Below are positions 24,286 to 36,576 of a stretch of DNA of 64,000 nt, piece after piece. Origin of the DNA: Eutreptiella sp. 'Long Island Sound 2002' (taxonomy: Eukaryota; Protista; Euglenida). A program made the position numbers and the translations under genes. The stretch is from contig OZ038378.1 in NCBI GenBank assembly GCA_964036045.1, forward strand, positions 181,970,001-182,034,000, read 5' to 3'. The notes under the pieces are model-generated. The model made no database searches. It was not told where the DNA came from and saw nothing but the letters and a program-made list of their open reading frames with translations. Position 1 is the first letter of the stretch; every line of letters starts with the position of its first letter.

Positions 24286-25743
24286 GGAGTGTTCACCGAT
24301 CAAATTTAAAGTTATTCACAGAGTGTTGGTTCTGACAAGAAGGCTGGCAGCAGACAATTTTGGCTAAGTTCTGCACTCCCACTGTTTGGCATCGACCAAG
24401 TGGCGCCAACCAAGCAGCACAGTTGCCAAGCGCAGCCATCTCTATGGCTGCACCATGCTCATACGAGCTGACTGATTCCAGTTGTTGCAGTGAATCAATC
24501 CAACCATAAGAGTATTTGCAGGGTTGTGCGGGGACAGTCCAACACCGGCCATGCATAGCAGGTCACAATTTTTTTTGCCAAGCAAAACCAGTGTGAGTTG
24601 CGGTTCCCAAGAGAAGTGGCAAGCGAAATCCATCGGCACTAGGTCTGACAGGTCGGACCCAGATAATTGGGAATCTCGGCCTCTGCTTTATGGGTTGTTG
24701 GGAAGTTCAGGATCACAAGGGACAGATGAACTGAGACCCCCATCCCCCCGCGCGCGCCCTGCCCACAGTCCCCCCCCATGTCTGACCTCCACCAACATGC
24801 AGCTCACACAAGACACATAGCACTGGACGCTGTGTGGTGCCCAACCAGCCTTTATGGAACACCCACCCACCCCACCACAGGTTTGAAAGTGCAACAAGGG
24901 CGATAAAGATTTTTCTCAAGGAGGGCCAATGAGATGAGGCCGGGATGGACTGGGACCTGACTGTTGGCTATGATCAACAGCCATATGATATCTTGCCTGC
25001 CCTCAAGAGCATGCTTTTCTCCAAGGATTACATGCCAGAGCATATGCCCACCCCCTTGCTGCCCTCAGAGTGTTCACCAAATACTTGGGGTGGGGGATCA
25101 CAGGTACCCCCGCCCCCCGCCCCGCCCCGCCCCACCCCCAGGGTCCAAGGAACTCAGTGTGTGTGTCGCGGCTCCGCCCCGTGATACTTGAAGTGCTGTT
25201 GGAATGCCAGAGTGATTCTGGAGGGTGACGACCATCGTCGATCTGTGGCCAAGGAACTCGGGGACTCCTTCGCAACCCCGCCAAAGAAAGCGAGGTTGCA
25301 GCCGCAGTTGCGCACAGCAGGGGGAGGGGGGGGGGGTACTTTAGGAGCCGTTTCTTTTTCCTTTTCGTTAAGGGCGCTGATCTCCCCCCTGACCCCCTGC
25401 ACCTGGTGCACCGTTGGGATCAGTGCCCAAGGCCAGTCGAGACATCGCAAATACTGGTGGCAATTTTTTGTTTTTGGTCTCCGTTTTTTGTCTCGCCCTC
25501 AAGGGCCCAAGTGGTCGTCCACACATCCGCCCCGCAGGTTCCCTTTTCTTCCACTGCGGCTCAGCCTCTGACCTTTGGCTCCCACTCCACGTCAGGTGAG
25601 GTCGCACGAGCGCTTGATTTGGGGTCTCTGCGATGGTAATATTTCTGTCTGTAAAGTGCGCGTTAGAACCTGTGCCAAGGCCCCTGTACCGCGTGCGCGC
25701 GGTGCGGATGCTCCCTCTGAGCCCCATAATGTGCCGCCCGCAG

Positions 25744-25881
25744 GTGTGGCGATTGACGTTCGATGTGACGCGCAAGCGGCAGAAGGACACGGTGTGGGAC
25801 TGGAAGCGGGAGCTGATATCTTTGGAGATCGAACAGGCGCAGTTTGAAGAAGAAATTGCTTCCAGAATCGAGGCGCAATGA
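25744..25881 (+). CDS. Coiled-coil protein, exon 2 of 2
   Basis: Acceptor ccgcag|gtg at 25743/25744, phase 0; VWRLTFDVTRKRQKDTVWDWKRELISLEIEQAQFEEEIASRIEAQ* continues the charged helical composition. Confidence 0.72.
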   Translation: MWRLTFDVTRKRQKDTVWDWKRELISLEIEQAQFEEEIASRIEAQ

Positions 25882-28379
25882 GGGCGTTGTGGTGCAAGCC
25901 ACCGAGCACCACAGAAGCCGCACGGCGTCCGCTCCCTGAAAACGAGGTCCGGAGGCAGGGCATTGACGATGTACCTCGTCCTATTGTACGCTACTGCCGG
26001 GGCTCACTGACCTACTGACCACCACAGCCGCATTCATTGCATCGCTTCAATTCTGAATTATATGTTTCTGATGTTTTACCTCTGTGCAAGCCTCTTGTGA
26101 GGGTGCTCTGCCCGCCGTCCCCCCTCTTTGGAGGATTCCAGACACAACAGAACACAAGGTGCGTGTATTTGTGTATATACCAGTCTTCCCTTATGCTCCT
26201 GTGCATCACCCCCCCCCCCCCGTTTTGCATTGGTTGTCTAATCGCCGCGACTCCATCTGACCGTCGTTTTTCTGACCACGATTTTGTGGCCCAGAGCGCA
26301 AGAGGACGTGTTTGTGAGCCCTTTGTTGTGGGAAAGAGGGGCGTGCCTGTGAAGAGTTCTGTCTGATCAGAGCAATATTTGCGCATGAGTTTGTTTCGAT
26401 GTGCTGTTCAGCCTGCGGTACTGTGATGGGGCCCCAGCGCCACTTGTCTGTGGGTCATGCATAACCACGGCCTTTTCTAAGTATCGGATCCCCGTGGGAC
26501 CGTCGTTTTCCGTGATTTCAGCCGTAACTTCGGCCGTGCTTGCGCCAGGGGGATGGGGGGCACACGCGGGTCTCGTTTGAAAATACATTTGGCAAAGGTC
26601 CTGGGGACTGGGGAGGGGAGGGCCCAGGATTATGTCCGAAAAAAACAGCCCCATTCATGCGAGGTACGGTTGGGGTCCACGGCCTTGCTGCGGGCCTCGT
26701 GCTCTGTGTTATGCTGATTCGGTCCTGCGTGTGTTTTCTGGGCCCTTGACTAGTGAGAGTTGTTTGTTCGCTGTCCCCTTACCTTCATCTCTTTGCTGTC
26801 CATTGACCTTGACTCACATTCGCGTCCCCATTTGCTATCCTTTACTCATGGCTGTCCTTAAGGGGGGGGGGGGGGCGGCAATCCCCCGCCATTTTTTTCC
26901 CTTGGGGGTCATAGTCTGTTACGCTCCAACCGCTTCCGTCCGTCCCCTACTGTTGTCCAACTGTTTTGCAAGCGCCCAAATTTGCCCTTAACCGCTTTCC
27001 AAACAGCCAGTGACCACTGCTGCTATGCCGCACCCGGACCCTATGTAGCCTACCTCTCCGCCAAGCACATGCTTGCCCGTCCCCCATGACCACTGACACA
27101 AGCTGAGGATGCGCCCCAAGCGCACACAACTGAATTGGCAGAGGACAAAGCACTCTGTCCATTTGTTTTGGGTTTTGTGGTACCCTCGTTGTCTCAAGAT
27201 GCTTTTGAGGGGCTATTGACACTCCAACTCATTTTCTGTGTCACCCTCATGGTCTCGAAGTGCATCTGAGTGCATCTGGGGCACTGGCACACGAAACTAT
27301 TTCTGCGGTACCCTCATATTCTCAAAATGTTTCACAAAACCATTTTTTATGGGACACTGATGATCTGAAAATGCTTTTGAGGGGGTAGTGACATGCCAAG
27401 GCAATTTTTGTGCTCCCCTTATGGTCTAAAAATGCTTTTCAGGGGGGTCCCATTTTGGCACCCGCAGTGCCAAAAGGGTTGGCCCATTTTGGCACTTGCT
27501 TTTGTCTGGGGGTCTCTGCCCCCATTTGTAATTTGCTTGACTGGCCGGGTTTGTCGCACTGAGACAGCGGCTTATTTGTTTTGATTTTGAATGTTGCAGA
27601 ATCTGGTTTGACTCACAAATTTACACGTTTCACGCTGTTCAGTATGTTTGATTTGCATGTGGTGTCTCTACATTTTCTGCAACCCTCCTCTTCTTGGGCA
27701 ATTAGATGATTGTATGCATGTTTGGTGAACATTAAAAGAAATTCATCCGGCAGTACTGCACCAAAGTACAGATGATCAAGACATACAAAAATTGCAAGGA
27801 TAGCATATCCCAGCCCAAAAATGATGACATTGGTAGGGCACATAAGCAAGAGGCTGCAATCTGAACCAATCATTGGATTGGCTTGGCTTGGCGTATTGAG
27901 CATCAATAAACAAAATTACACACTAGTCACGACACTGAGTGTTGTGTTGGTCATGTGCACCTGATGTGCCGGAGAAGTAGCTCATATAAAAAGAAATACG
28001 GGGATGCTACAGAGGAATGCACCAGCTCTCCATTTCAAGTCAAGTTGTGGGGTGAGTGGAGGATGGCGGAAAACACTGTTTTGTGGCCCTTGCATCCTCG
28101 ACCCCAGTTGTTCCCAACCGTGTGTGGAGAATTCCGGAGACAGCATAGCTACCTGAGAGATCTCTCGTCTCTGTCACTAGTCCTTCTCACAGATGCCCCC
28201 AGGACCTACAGTTTCAAAATGGCAAAAACAGGCTGTTACCCGCCCCCCACCTTTTCCTCCAAAAAGCGAGTCCCCCCCCCCCCCCCCAACAGCCAATCCC
28301 TGATGTCTTTCTTGGCCCTTGTTCTTCATGCCACACAAGCAAAGCCACATGCCACATGCCCCACCAAACACAGCACACG

Positions 28380-28380
28380 C

Positions 28381-28421
<41 letters not shown>
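28380..28421. repeat. (CA)n microsatellite
   Basis: Direct reading. Confidence 0.95.
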
Positions 28422-28424
<3 letters not shown>

Positions 28425-29887
28425 CACATCACGTCAAATTCCAAAAGAGCGCCCGCTTAGTCATTACGCCGTCAATGCCTGACCACACAAGCGTGCATGC
28501 ACCACACATGAGCTCCCTCACAGCACCACAGGCCCACAGAGGTCCCCATGCATATCACTAACACGTGGAGCACCCAAACAATAGAATGAGGCAAACCGGC
28601 TGGTCAACGCTTTGTCGGTCGTGCGCACGCAGGCTCCCACTCACCAAAAGAGTGGATCTCGTCACTGTGCCCATACTGATGCCACCTGGGGGTACGTGTA
28701 AATCCATGGGGAGCCATGTAGCACCAATTTGGCAATATATTGTTGTACAAAGACGTAAATAACCCCATGTATTTATTGCAATTAGACAGGATATTGGGTC
28801 TGAGTATTCACAATGCACCAACACAGGACAACCATCCGATAGTGTATGGTGGTGGTTTTGCCAACAACATCTGTTGCCGGAAGCGCACCAAAGCTTCTTC
28901 TATCCGAAACAACCAGGTGGTGTCATTCTTTTGAAAGCCGGTTGGCAGGAGATTGTTGTATCTTATGGCATGGAATACAAGCAAAAGCTGCCAAACGAAT
29001 TCAAACAGAAGCACACACAAAAGTGACGGGTGCCTCAGACAGTTCTGAGAGCGCTTGGGCACCATTGTTCCCATTGTTTGTATTATCAAAGTCCAAGATC
29101 CGTGTGCACAAGCCCTGCTTCCAGTGCATTTGCACCGGCATCTCCTATGCAATCGAAGGAGAGGTTGAGTTCCAATTATTTGGGTAGCACATGTGCTTCA
29201 TGAAGCCTTGTAAGTGTGTGTGCACTAATGGCACTGATGTCTACGTCCATGCATTCAAGATTGAGGCCAAGTGTGTGCACTGCAGGCGCTTTTTCTGAGT
29301 TTGAGTATGAGTTTGAGCAAGTTCCTGCACATGCCCGTAGACCCATGTGTATTGTGTATCTGTGAATCAATTGAATCTACGAGTTTATGACATGCCGCAA
29401 TCAATTTAGGTATATTTCATTCACCAAACACAGCAAGGTGCACGCAAACCCGGTGATAAGACGTGCTGTCACAATCATGATGCAATATAACATGTATTTT
29501 GTGTAGTTGTATCGGTGCACATTCAAACTGGGTGCTCATAGGGTATGGTGGGGTGTTAGAATCCAGAAAATCATAGAGTGGATGGTGGATGGTGAAAATG
29601 GTGTTGCAGCTGAACAAGTTACAGTTCTCCGGCCCAATGCCACTGGCCCAATGCCGGCCCAATGAGGTGTATCAGTGCCTGCAGATCAATATACCCGACA
29701 TCAGATATTGACCCAGGTCATGAACGGTGAAGGAAGATTCAACGAGTGTACAACATGACACGTTGTGTATACAACTTTGAAAGCTTGCCTGCCAATCCCA
29801 CCAGCAGCATAGCAAAACTACCCTGCGGTCCGCGCACACGTGCAGTCTAGCTACCCCCCCCCCCCCAAGGGACTTGCTTTAATTTTC

Positions 29888-30720
29888 ATTCCGACGGGGG
29901 GGGGGGGGCCCCTCCCCCCTGGGCCCCCTCCCCCCCTCCCCTGGACCCCCTCCCCCCCTCCCCCCTCAGCTCAAGTGCAGCTGAAAACCTGGGTTTTGGG
30001 AACTTTTTTTGGTGACGGGGAAAAAATTTCTCGGCGCCTTCGGCGCACGCTACACACTGTTTACTTATCATTTTATGTGTACTCTGCGTTCCTTGTCTTG
30101 CAGATTACCATGACCCAACGCTCGTTGTCAGTGTATTTCTGCTCCCCAGTCCAACCGTCGCCACGCGCAAAACGCCAAGACGTAATCGACGCGCTGCTTT
30201 ATTTTAGGTTTAAAGATAGGATCACTGGCCGGAAGAGACAAGAAGCATACAATGAGGCACAAAAGGCATGTGCCACACTGTTTTTGAGTGTGCCAATGGC
30301 AACACTTGTTTGATGTTTCCCATTCAGGCAGTGACTCAGATTCCTCATCATCATCAGGTTCCAGCTCCACTTCCACTACAGATGGAGGCTCCAGTTCAGG
30401 GGAGTCTAATTCTGATTGACCATGATCACTGTGAGTTGGCATGAGATGGTGGGTGTCCCGCTTTGTTGTATTTGTTGTGTCTTGATTAGATGAGGGAACC
30501 CTGAATTGACCTGCAATGATGAATTGGTTTTGTTTGCTACCAACAAGATGACATTTCCATGTGCTGAGTGGTTCGTTGCCCAATAAATTTTCTGTTCCCT
30601 GTGGACTAGGTACGTTCCGACGGGGGGGGGGACCCCTCCCCCCTGGACCCCCTCCCCCCCTCCCCTGGACCCCCTCCCCCCCTCCCCCCCCCCCCCCGCT
30701 CAAGCAAGTCCCTGCCCCCC
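29888..30720. repeat. Two direct copies of a G/C-run repeat (ttccgacggggggggg...ccctggaccccctcccccc...ctcaag)
   Basis: Copies at ~29888-30060 and ~30614-30720; related G/C-run segments occur at ~23729-23860 and ~43520-43660. Confidence 0.75.
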
Positions 30721-30731
30721 CCCCCCCCCCC

Positions 30732-31122
30732 CCCCCCCCTTGTATAAGCTACACCCTTGTCCAAGCTACAGTTGGCGTAGGGACCGTATTAATTTGGGAC
30801 CTAATTTTAATTCGGTACCAAACGTAGTGCAGCCACATAAGACATGGGTTTGGTGACAAATGTGCCGGCTACATAGTGTCATGGACACATTTGTTGTGAG
30901 TGTTTGCCCACTTGAACCCACATAGCTATGATTTTGGGGATGTTTGTGCATTACATTCCCCTTTCTTGCACCAGCTCACCATGCAATCCTCTCTTTTTGA
31001 ACCTGGGCGCCCGGTGTTGGTAGCTGTATGTGTGGCACGCAAGCTACGCCCGTGTCCAAGCTACAGTAGGCGTAGGGACCGTATTATTTTGGGACATTGG
31101 CGTAGCTTATACAAGGGGGGGG
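30732..31122. mobile_element. MITE-like element with 21-bp terminal inverted repeats
   Basis: ccccccccttgtataagctac (30732-30752) is the exact reverse complement of gtagcttatacaagggggggg (31102-31122). An internal direct repeat gtccaagctacagt.ggcgtagggaccgtatta occurs at ~30759 and ~31054. Confidence 0.75.
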
Positions 31123-31199
31123 CCAGACCCCACACCCCAACGCCAACACGGCGCCCACCACACACGCAACAACCAAGGCCACACTTACACACAACATAG

Positions 31200-33970
31200 A
31201 AGGGATGCTTCCCTGATGCACTCCCGGGAGCCATCACCATCCCGACCACACCGGGAGGGGAAGGCAACCCAAACCTAAGTAAGGGGGTCGCCCCTGCGGG
31301 GGGTTGGCAGCCGGCTACGCGGTTGTCCATTGGGCAGCGACCTAAAACATGTACTGCCCGCGAGTAGCTAAGTTCTGTCACCAAGGCCTAGTGCAGGGGC
31401 CTTGGGCACGCTTATGAGACACAGCGTCCAAACCATTGGTGGTCACTGCACACGACCAACAAGGGGGTGGACTCACACGAGTCCCTAGCTCCGAGGCGTG
31501 GACAGCCCGGAGTGAAGTCCTCAAACGGGGAGCCCCTCAGCAGCCCAGAAAGCAAAAGAGCAACAACACAACACATTCACCCCAGAACAACCCCAACAAA
31601 CACCAGTGACAGGTCAGTTTGTAGATTTGGAGACATGTGCAAAAGTGCCTGGTGCCCCTTGCACCACCCAACTGCGAGTGGGACAACCCAACAGCCACAA
31701 TGGGATGCAGGGAGCGACATGCTACCCCCCTGGCGCCGCAGACCAGAAGCAGTGAGCAGGCCAGCAGAAAAAGAAAGAGCCCGAAACTGGGAGGAACGCA
31801 TGCAGCAAAATAGCTGGGCACAAGGCCGCCCTACACACGGCAGGGAGACGAGCCCCAACAGGGGACACAACAAGACACAAGGGAACCATGAGGTGCGAGC
31901 ACTGCAGCAACCACCAAATGCAGCGCACGCCGAGCGAGCCATCAGCAAACACCCCCCCTCCCTCTACAAGGTGCCCACGTACTCCACAAGGGCGGGGGCT
32001 GCGCCCCGCGCTCCGGGAGGTGCCCGCCACGGGGGTGGCAACAGGGCCGTGAACAGCCAACCGGGCACGGGGCAGTCCACGTTGTATGGAGATGTGAAAT
32101 CCTCGTATGGGGGGGCAGGCGGGTGGGACAGGAGGGGGTGCGCGACATGGGCACCCAGGAGCGCCACCAGACAGGGGGAGGAGCAACACAGACACACAGA
32201 ACGCGGGAGCCACACCAGGAGGGACAAGAGCGGGCACAGCAGACAAGGAGGAGGGGCACAGCAAGGCGGGAGAGGCAACTGGAACAGCGGGAACAGAGAA
32301 CCAGAATGGAGCGGATGGCAGAGCGTGCGCATGGGAGGCAGCGACAATAAAGGGGATGGATTGGCCAGCCAACCCCGTCGCTACCGGGTGCCAGGGCAAC
32401 CCCTGCTCAACCGGCATCAGGTGGGGGGTGTCTCCCGCAGCCCAGATGGGCTGTTTGCGCAACAGGAGTGGGAGCCCATCAGGGGCAGACCAGCCGTGAG
32501 GGGGAAAGGGGCATATGGTGGACGGCCCGGACAGCGCGTGGAGGAAGGCACCTGGGCCGCACAGAAACACAGCGAGGCAGGCGATGGACGGCCTGTGGAC
32601 AGAGGTGTGTGGACAGCAAAAACAGTCAAACGACCCCGGCAACAACCAGCACATCCTCAATACGCCAACTATTGGGCGCCGCTGACACGCAAACGGCACA
32701 CCATGCCGCATCCAGCACAGTCCCAACACGCCAACTACTGGGCTCCGCGAACGCGGAAACGACACCAGCAAGAGCCCGGCCGACAGAAAGTAGCGACCCG
32801 ACGCAACATGCGAAGGGAAGAACGGGTGACCGTCCAGGGCCCCGTAAAGGAGCAACAACCAGACGGAATGTCACACAGGGGGGGGGTACATGTGCCTACA
32901 GAAAACGACACACACCCCCGATTGTGGATACCCCCCCCCATGCTAGATGCCACATTATGATGTGCACAAGCCCAGAGACTCCACCCCCAAAAAACAGCCC
33001 AAGTGGGAGAGGACACATACCTCTCGCCTTTTAAGAGAACCATTAATACTATGTTGCACATGAGTGACCCCGCAAACCCTCACTCAGAGAACAAGTCTTC
33101 CAGCACTTGGAGCACGCACACCGAGTGCAACGGCAGCAGCAGGGGAATTGGGGATTCCAAGAGCACCAGCCCATCCTCCTCAACCTCGAGCGCACTGCCT
33201 CCCAAGAAGCACCAACAGAATGTAGTCAAACCCGCAAGGACAAATGCTAGTGGCACACACACAAGGGTGTGTGTTAAGCAAAACATCATTTTCCCTGGCT
33301 TGTTCAGTGCAGGAGATGCGCGGCCAAGTGGTGCATGCGAATGGGCCTTTGGCCCTGTCATGCCTATATGCTGGCCCTGTCCGAGGACCAGCAATTGCTC
33401 AAAATGGCGGCCCTAGTCGGGAAATTTGGTAGAAAAAGTTCCCCCATGAGGTGTAACCCCCCCTTGTCCCTTGCGCAAACATGGGCCAAAAATGCCAACG
33501 ACGGCAACATGGTTTGGTCATGCTAAGACAGAATTCTGCTTGCACGCCACCCATGGTCTGGCAAAGAAGGGAGGGATACACCGAAAACCTGTCCATTCCT
33601 CACCCAAACCAAAAAGTAATCCCCACAACAGGGCACCAGGACACATTGTGCAAGCAAATGGCTGCACTGCCCGTATTTAAAGTACAGTTGGAATTCGCAT
33701 GAGATTGAGCATCATGCCCAATTGACAGATTGCCGTGTCCTCTTCCCAATCCGCAGTCCATACCCATCACCTTCTGAGGCCTTCCCCACCCGACAGTGTT
33801 CACCACCACGTCATGCAGCCACAGACACCCTCTATGCCCAAGATGGTGACAGGGGGATATTGGGCGCATGCTCTATCAAGTTGGGGAAGCATGTGACACG
33901 GCAAGCACGCAGCTTTAGTATTCGGGCAGGTGACGACCTGGCACGAGTGGAAAGAGCAGAGTGGAAAGTG
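31200..33970 (+). mobile_element. 5' part of a LINE: structured leader, ORF1 and decayed APE-type ORF2 start
   Basis: A structured leader at 31209-31460 precedes the 497-codon ORF 31467-32960. Broken downstream frames resemble an AP endonuclease start (PLILCCT*V, NIIFPG, CHAYMLA). No RT was seen, so the element appears 3'-truncated. Confidence 0.55.
31467..32960 (+). CDS. Retroelement ORF1/gag-like protein with a CCCH zinc finger
   Basis: VCRFGDMCKSAWCPLHHP (C-x5-C-x4-C-x3-H) followed by a Q/G/R-rich disordered region and a duplicated HxQxANYWAP motif. The ORF track starts it at GTG. Confidence 0.55.
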   Translation: MDSHESLAPRRGQPGVKSSNGEPLSSPESKRATTQHIHPRTTPTNTSDRSVCRFGDMCKSAWCPLHHPTASGTTQQPQWDAGSDMLPPWRRRPEAVSRPAEKERARNWEERMQQNSWAQGRPTHGRETSPNRGHNKTQGNHEVRALQQPPNAAHAERAISKHPPSLYKVPTYSTRAGAAPRAPGGARHGGGNRAVNSQPGTGQSTLYGDVKSSYGGAGGWDRRGCATWAPRSATRQGEEQHRHTERGSHTRRDKSGHSRQGGGAQQGGRGNWNSGNREPEWSGWQSVRMGGSDNKGDGLASQPRRYRVPGQPLLNRHQVGGVSRSPDGLFAQQEWEPIRGRPAVRGKGAYGGRPGQRVEEGTWAAQKHSEAGDGRPVDRGVWTAKTVKRPRQQPAHPQYANYWAPLTRKRHTMPHPAQSQHANYWAPRTRKRHQQEPGRQKVATRRNMRREERVTVQGPVKEQQPDGMSHRGGVHVPTENDTHPRLWIPPPMLDATL

Positions 33971-34143
33971 TGAAATGATGGGAAACAGTCTGGCCCATCG
34001 ACCCATGCCAGCACAAGTTTCCACAAGGTGTGCACGGCGCATGTGCAGCGCAAGTACTCCTCTTGCTGCAGCTTTTGCGCTGTGGCTTCAGACAGGAAAG
34101 TCACTGTTTGGATGCATGCTATTCATTCGTAGACCACACGCCC

Positions 34144-34544
34144 ATGGACTCTGAGGAGTCTGTGCCATCCCCGGAGGCCCTGCAGGCACGAATCGCCGAC
34201 TCAGTGGAGCAGTATGACACGGAACTTGCAGCAGACGCCCGCAACTGGCCGCCCCGGTCCTTTGATTACGGCATCCCGACGAACGAAGCCTATGCAACTA
34301 CAGAGCGGCAGTTTGCCGCCCAGTTTCAGGGGGCCCGGACCAAACTGGACTACTCCTACCACAAGTGTCCGGCGATCCCCCGGCAGATCCTGCAGGACAG
34401 TATCCTGCAGAGAATAGCGTCCACGCACCAATCTGGAGGTGATGGGGACCGGCCTTGGGTCGTGTTCACGGCGGGTGCCATGGGCGTTGGCAAGTCTTTC
34501 GTGCTGACGTCTCTGTACAATCAGGGCAAGTTCCCTCTGGACAG
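34144..34544 (+). CDS. Zeta-toxin-family P-loop kinase, exon 1 of 3 (384 aa total)
   Basis: MDSEESV...RPWVVFTAGAMGVGKS (Walker A). Donor gacag|gtgccg, phase 2. Confidence 0.85.
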
Positions 34545-36576
34545 GTGCCGCACATACCGCTGCCTCTCATCGCCTGCCTAAATCTATTGCAAGAGGTTCA
34601 AGGAGCTCGGCCCCCAGCAAAACCTCGCAGGTTCGGGCCCAAGGTGGGGCATGAGTAGGCACGCAACCACGGCGGCGCTCGGGTGTCCGTGACCCTGCGA
34701 GCCGCATGGGACACTGCGAGGGATGAGGAGTAAGTCATGCCAGGGTTCGGAGATGCCTGGGCAACTCATCTCACCCAAGTTTAAGACGCAGGTGGTCCCC
34801 CACTGACCGTTGTTGTTGTGGCCGCCGTTCTTGTGGTCAAGATGGTGACAGAGCCAGTTGTAGTGGGAAAGAGGGGCATGGGGCGTGCGTGTGTTGGGAT
34901 AGGCATTGCACAGGCGGGTTCGGGCCACAGTTTGGGAACTGCTGAGATGGGGTCGGGGCCAGTGTTTGACGAGAGGTTTGGTGGAGGGTTTGGCAGAAGC
35001 TCTGGGACAGGGTGTGGCATGGAGACAAAGAGACTCATCACAACATTCATGTGTGCGACTGCAACCCACATCCATTTTCTCTGCCATGAGTGTCAATGGG
35101 AATGTTGCTGTAATGGCCCAAACCCCCCAAGACCCGCTCACTCGTGGGTTATATGTGGGCACGGCCTTGTCCAGGCACAGGCATCCCTGTCTGGCCTTCG
35201 TTGTCCCCTGACTTCAGCTGTGCTTGCGCGAGGGGGAGTGGGCCCGACCGGCACCCCCAAAGTTTGGTGCCGGTATCGACTAGCTGGAGGATAGAAGTGC
35301 ATAAACATCGCACGCGTTCTCATGGGGGGAACATTAGTGCGCCGGGCGCGCACCAGGCATCTTTTTAGGCTGCCATGCCCCCGACCAACACTATTCTAAG
35401 CAACCAAGGTTCCTTGATATGCTTTCCTACCACTGTGCCCTGGATCCCCGAGGAGGCAGGGTGATGTAACCATATTGATTCCTCTCCACCTTGGAAATCA
35501 AGACCGCAGTGGTCAGGTAGCAACTTTTGATTGTGTCCCTTCATCCTTCTGGTGCTATTGAGGTTGACTGGCCCATGTTAGCACTCTCTACGTTAGAGAC
35601 CCTGAGAGGGCAGGGGTTATGGAGCCATTTCAGTTTCAGTTTTAGTTTCAGGTCACCGGAGAACAACCATATTTAGTTAGGCGTGGTGGAGAACCTGAAT
35701 TCACAGCTGTGGTCTTATGTTGTGAGCTCATAGTGAAGGGTTTGGGGTTGATTTTGGTTTGCTTGTGGGGGTTCTCTTGGAGAGGGTAAAGCTGGGGCTG
35801 AAGTCGGGATATTTCATACAACAGTAGCGTGCCCGGCGCACGCCGGGCAAACACCCCCCTATGTGCGCGCAACCCCAGAGACCAGCTTCCATAACGGTGG
35901 CACTGGTAGCATGCACGTGGTGGCAAGGGGCAGTAGACCATGCTACTTTGGGGCAGGTCATTTGACGGCAACTGCTCCGAACTGTTTGGCCAACCCTGAC
36001 GCTACGCTGTGGACCCCGTGCCCTTCCACTGCATCCGGGATCGTTGCCTCTCTCGGCAGTCCCCATGGCATGGATGTCCCACAACATCGCACTCCCCCAG
36101 AAATGCCGTTGGGAGGCAGTTGGGGAACAGGATCGGTCGGGTGGGTCGCAGGCTCGGCCCACGAAGGGGGGAAATGGCCTCCTCTTCCTTTCAGTGAATC
36201 CCAGGCGATGAGCCGTGTGCAACAAAGAATCTGAAATGTTCTGCTCGGAAGAAGAAGAGGAGAAAGTGAATGCCTTTGTGCGGTTTGTAGAAATATGGGT
36301 GCAAAGGGCTCCTCTTTGCCAAGGACCAGTCCGGCATGGGGCAGGACTGTTCTTTAATTCTGTTCATAAAGTGCACCTGTAAGAACCGCCACAAGGGCTG
36401 GCGGTTACAGCCAACCGTCGGCGGTTACCTGCCAACCGTCATCGGTCAACAGCCTGGCGGTCCACGGCCAAATTAAAGGGATTCAAGAGAGGGGTCGCTC
36501 CCATCACCACCCGCCTGGATTCTGATTTGCGGTTGGGGATGAACGCCATTCGAATCACGACGCCTTCTCTGATCAG

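Noticed and set aside
31214-31265. Hammerhead ribozyme (CTGATG before a stem)
   Set aside because: The core reads CUGAUGC rather than CUGANGA, there is no GAAA after stem II, and no stem III/NUH site was found.
31284-31420. Canonical HDV-like ribozyme or group I intron core
   Set aside because: A P1-like helix with G-U exists, but the P1.1 GG and the J4/2 C-x-A could not be placed, and no valid P7 was found for group I. Kept only as an unassigned structured RNA.
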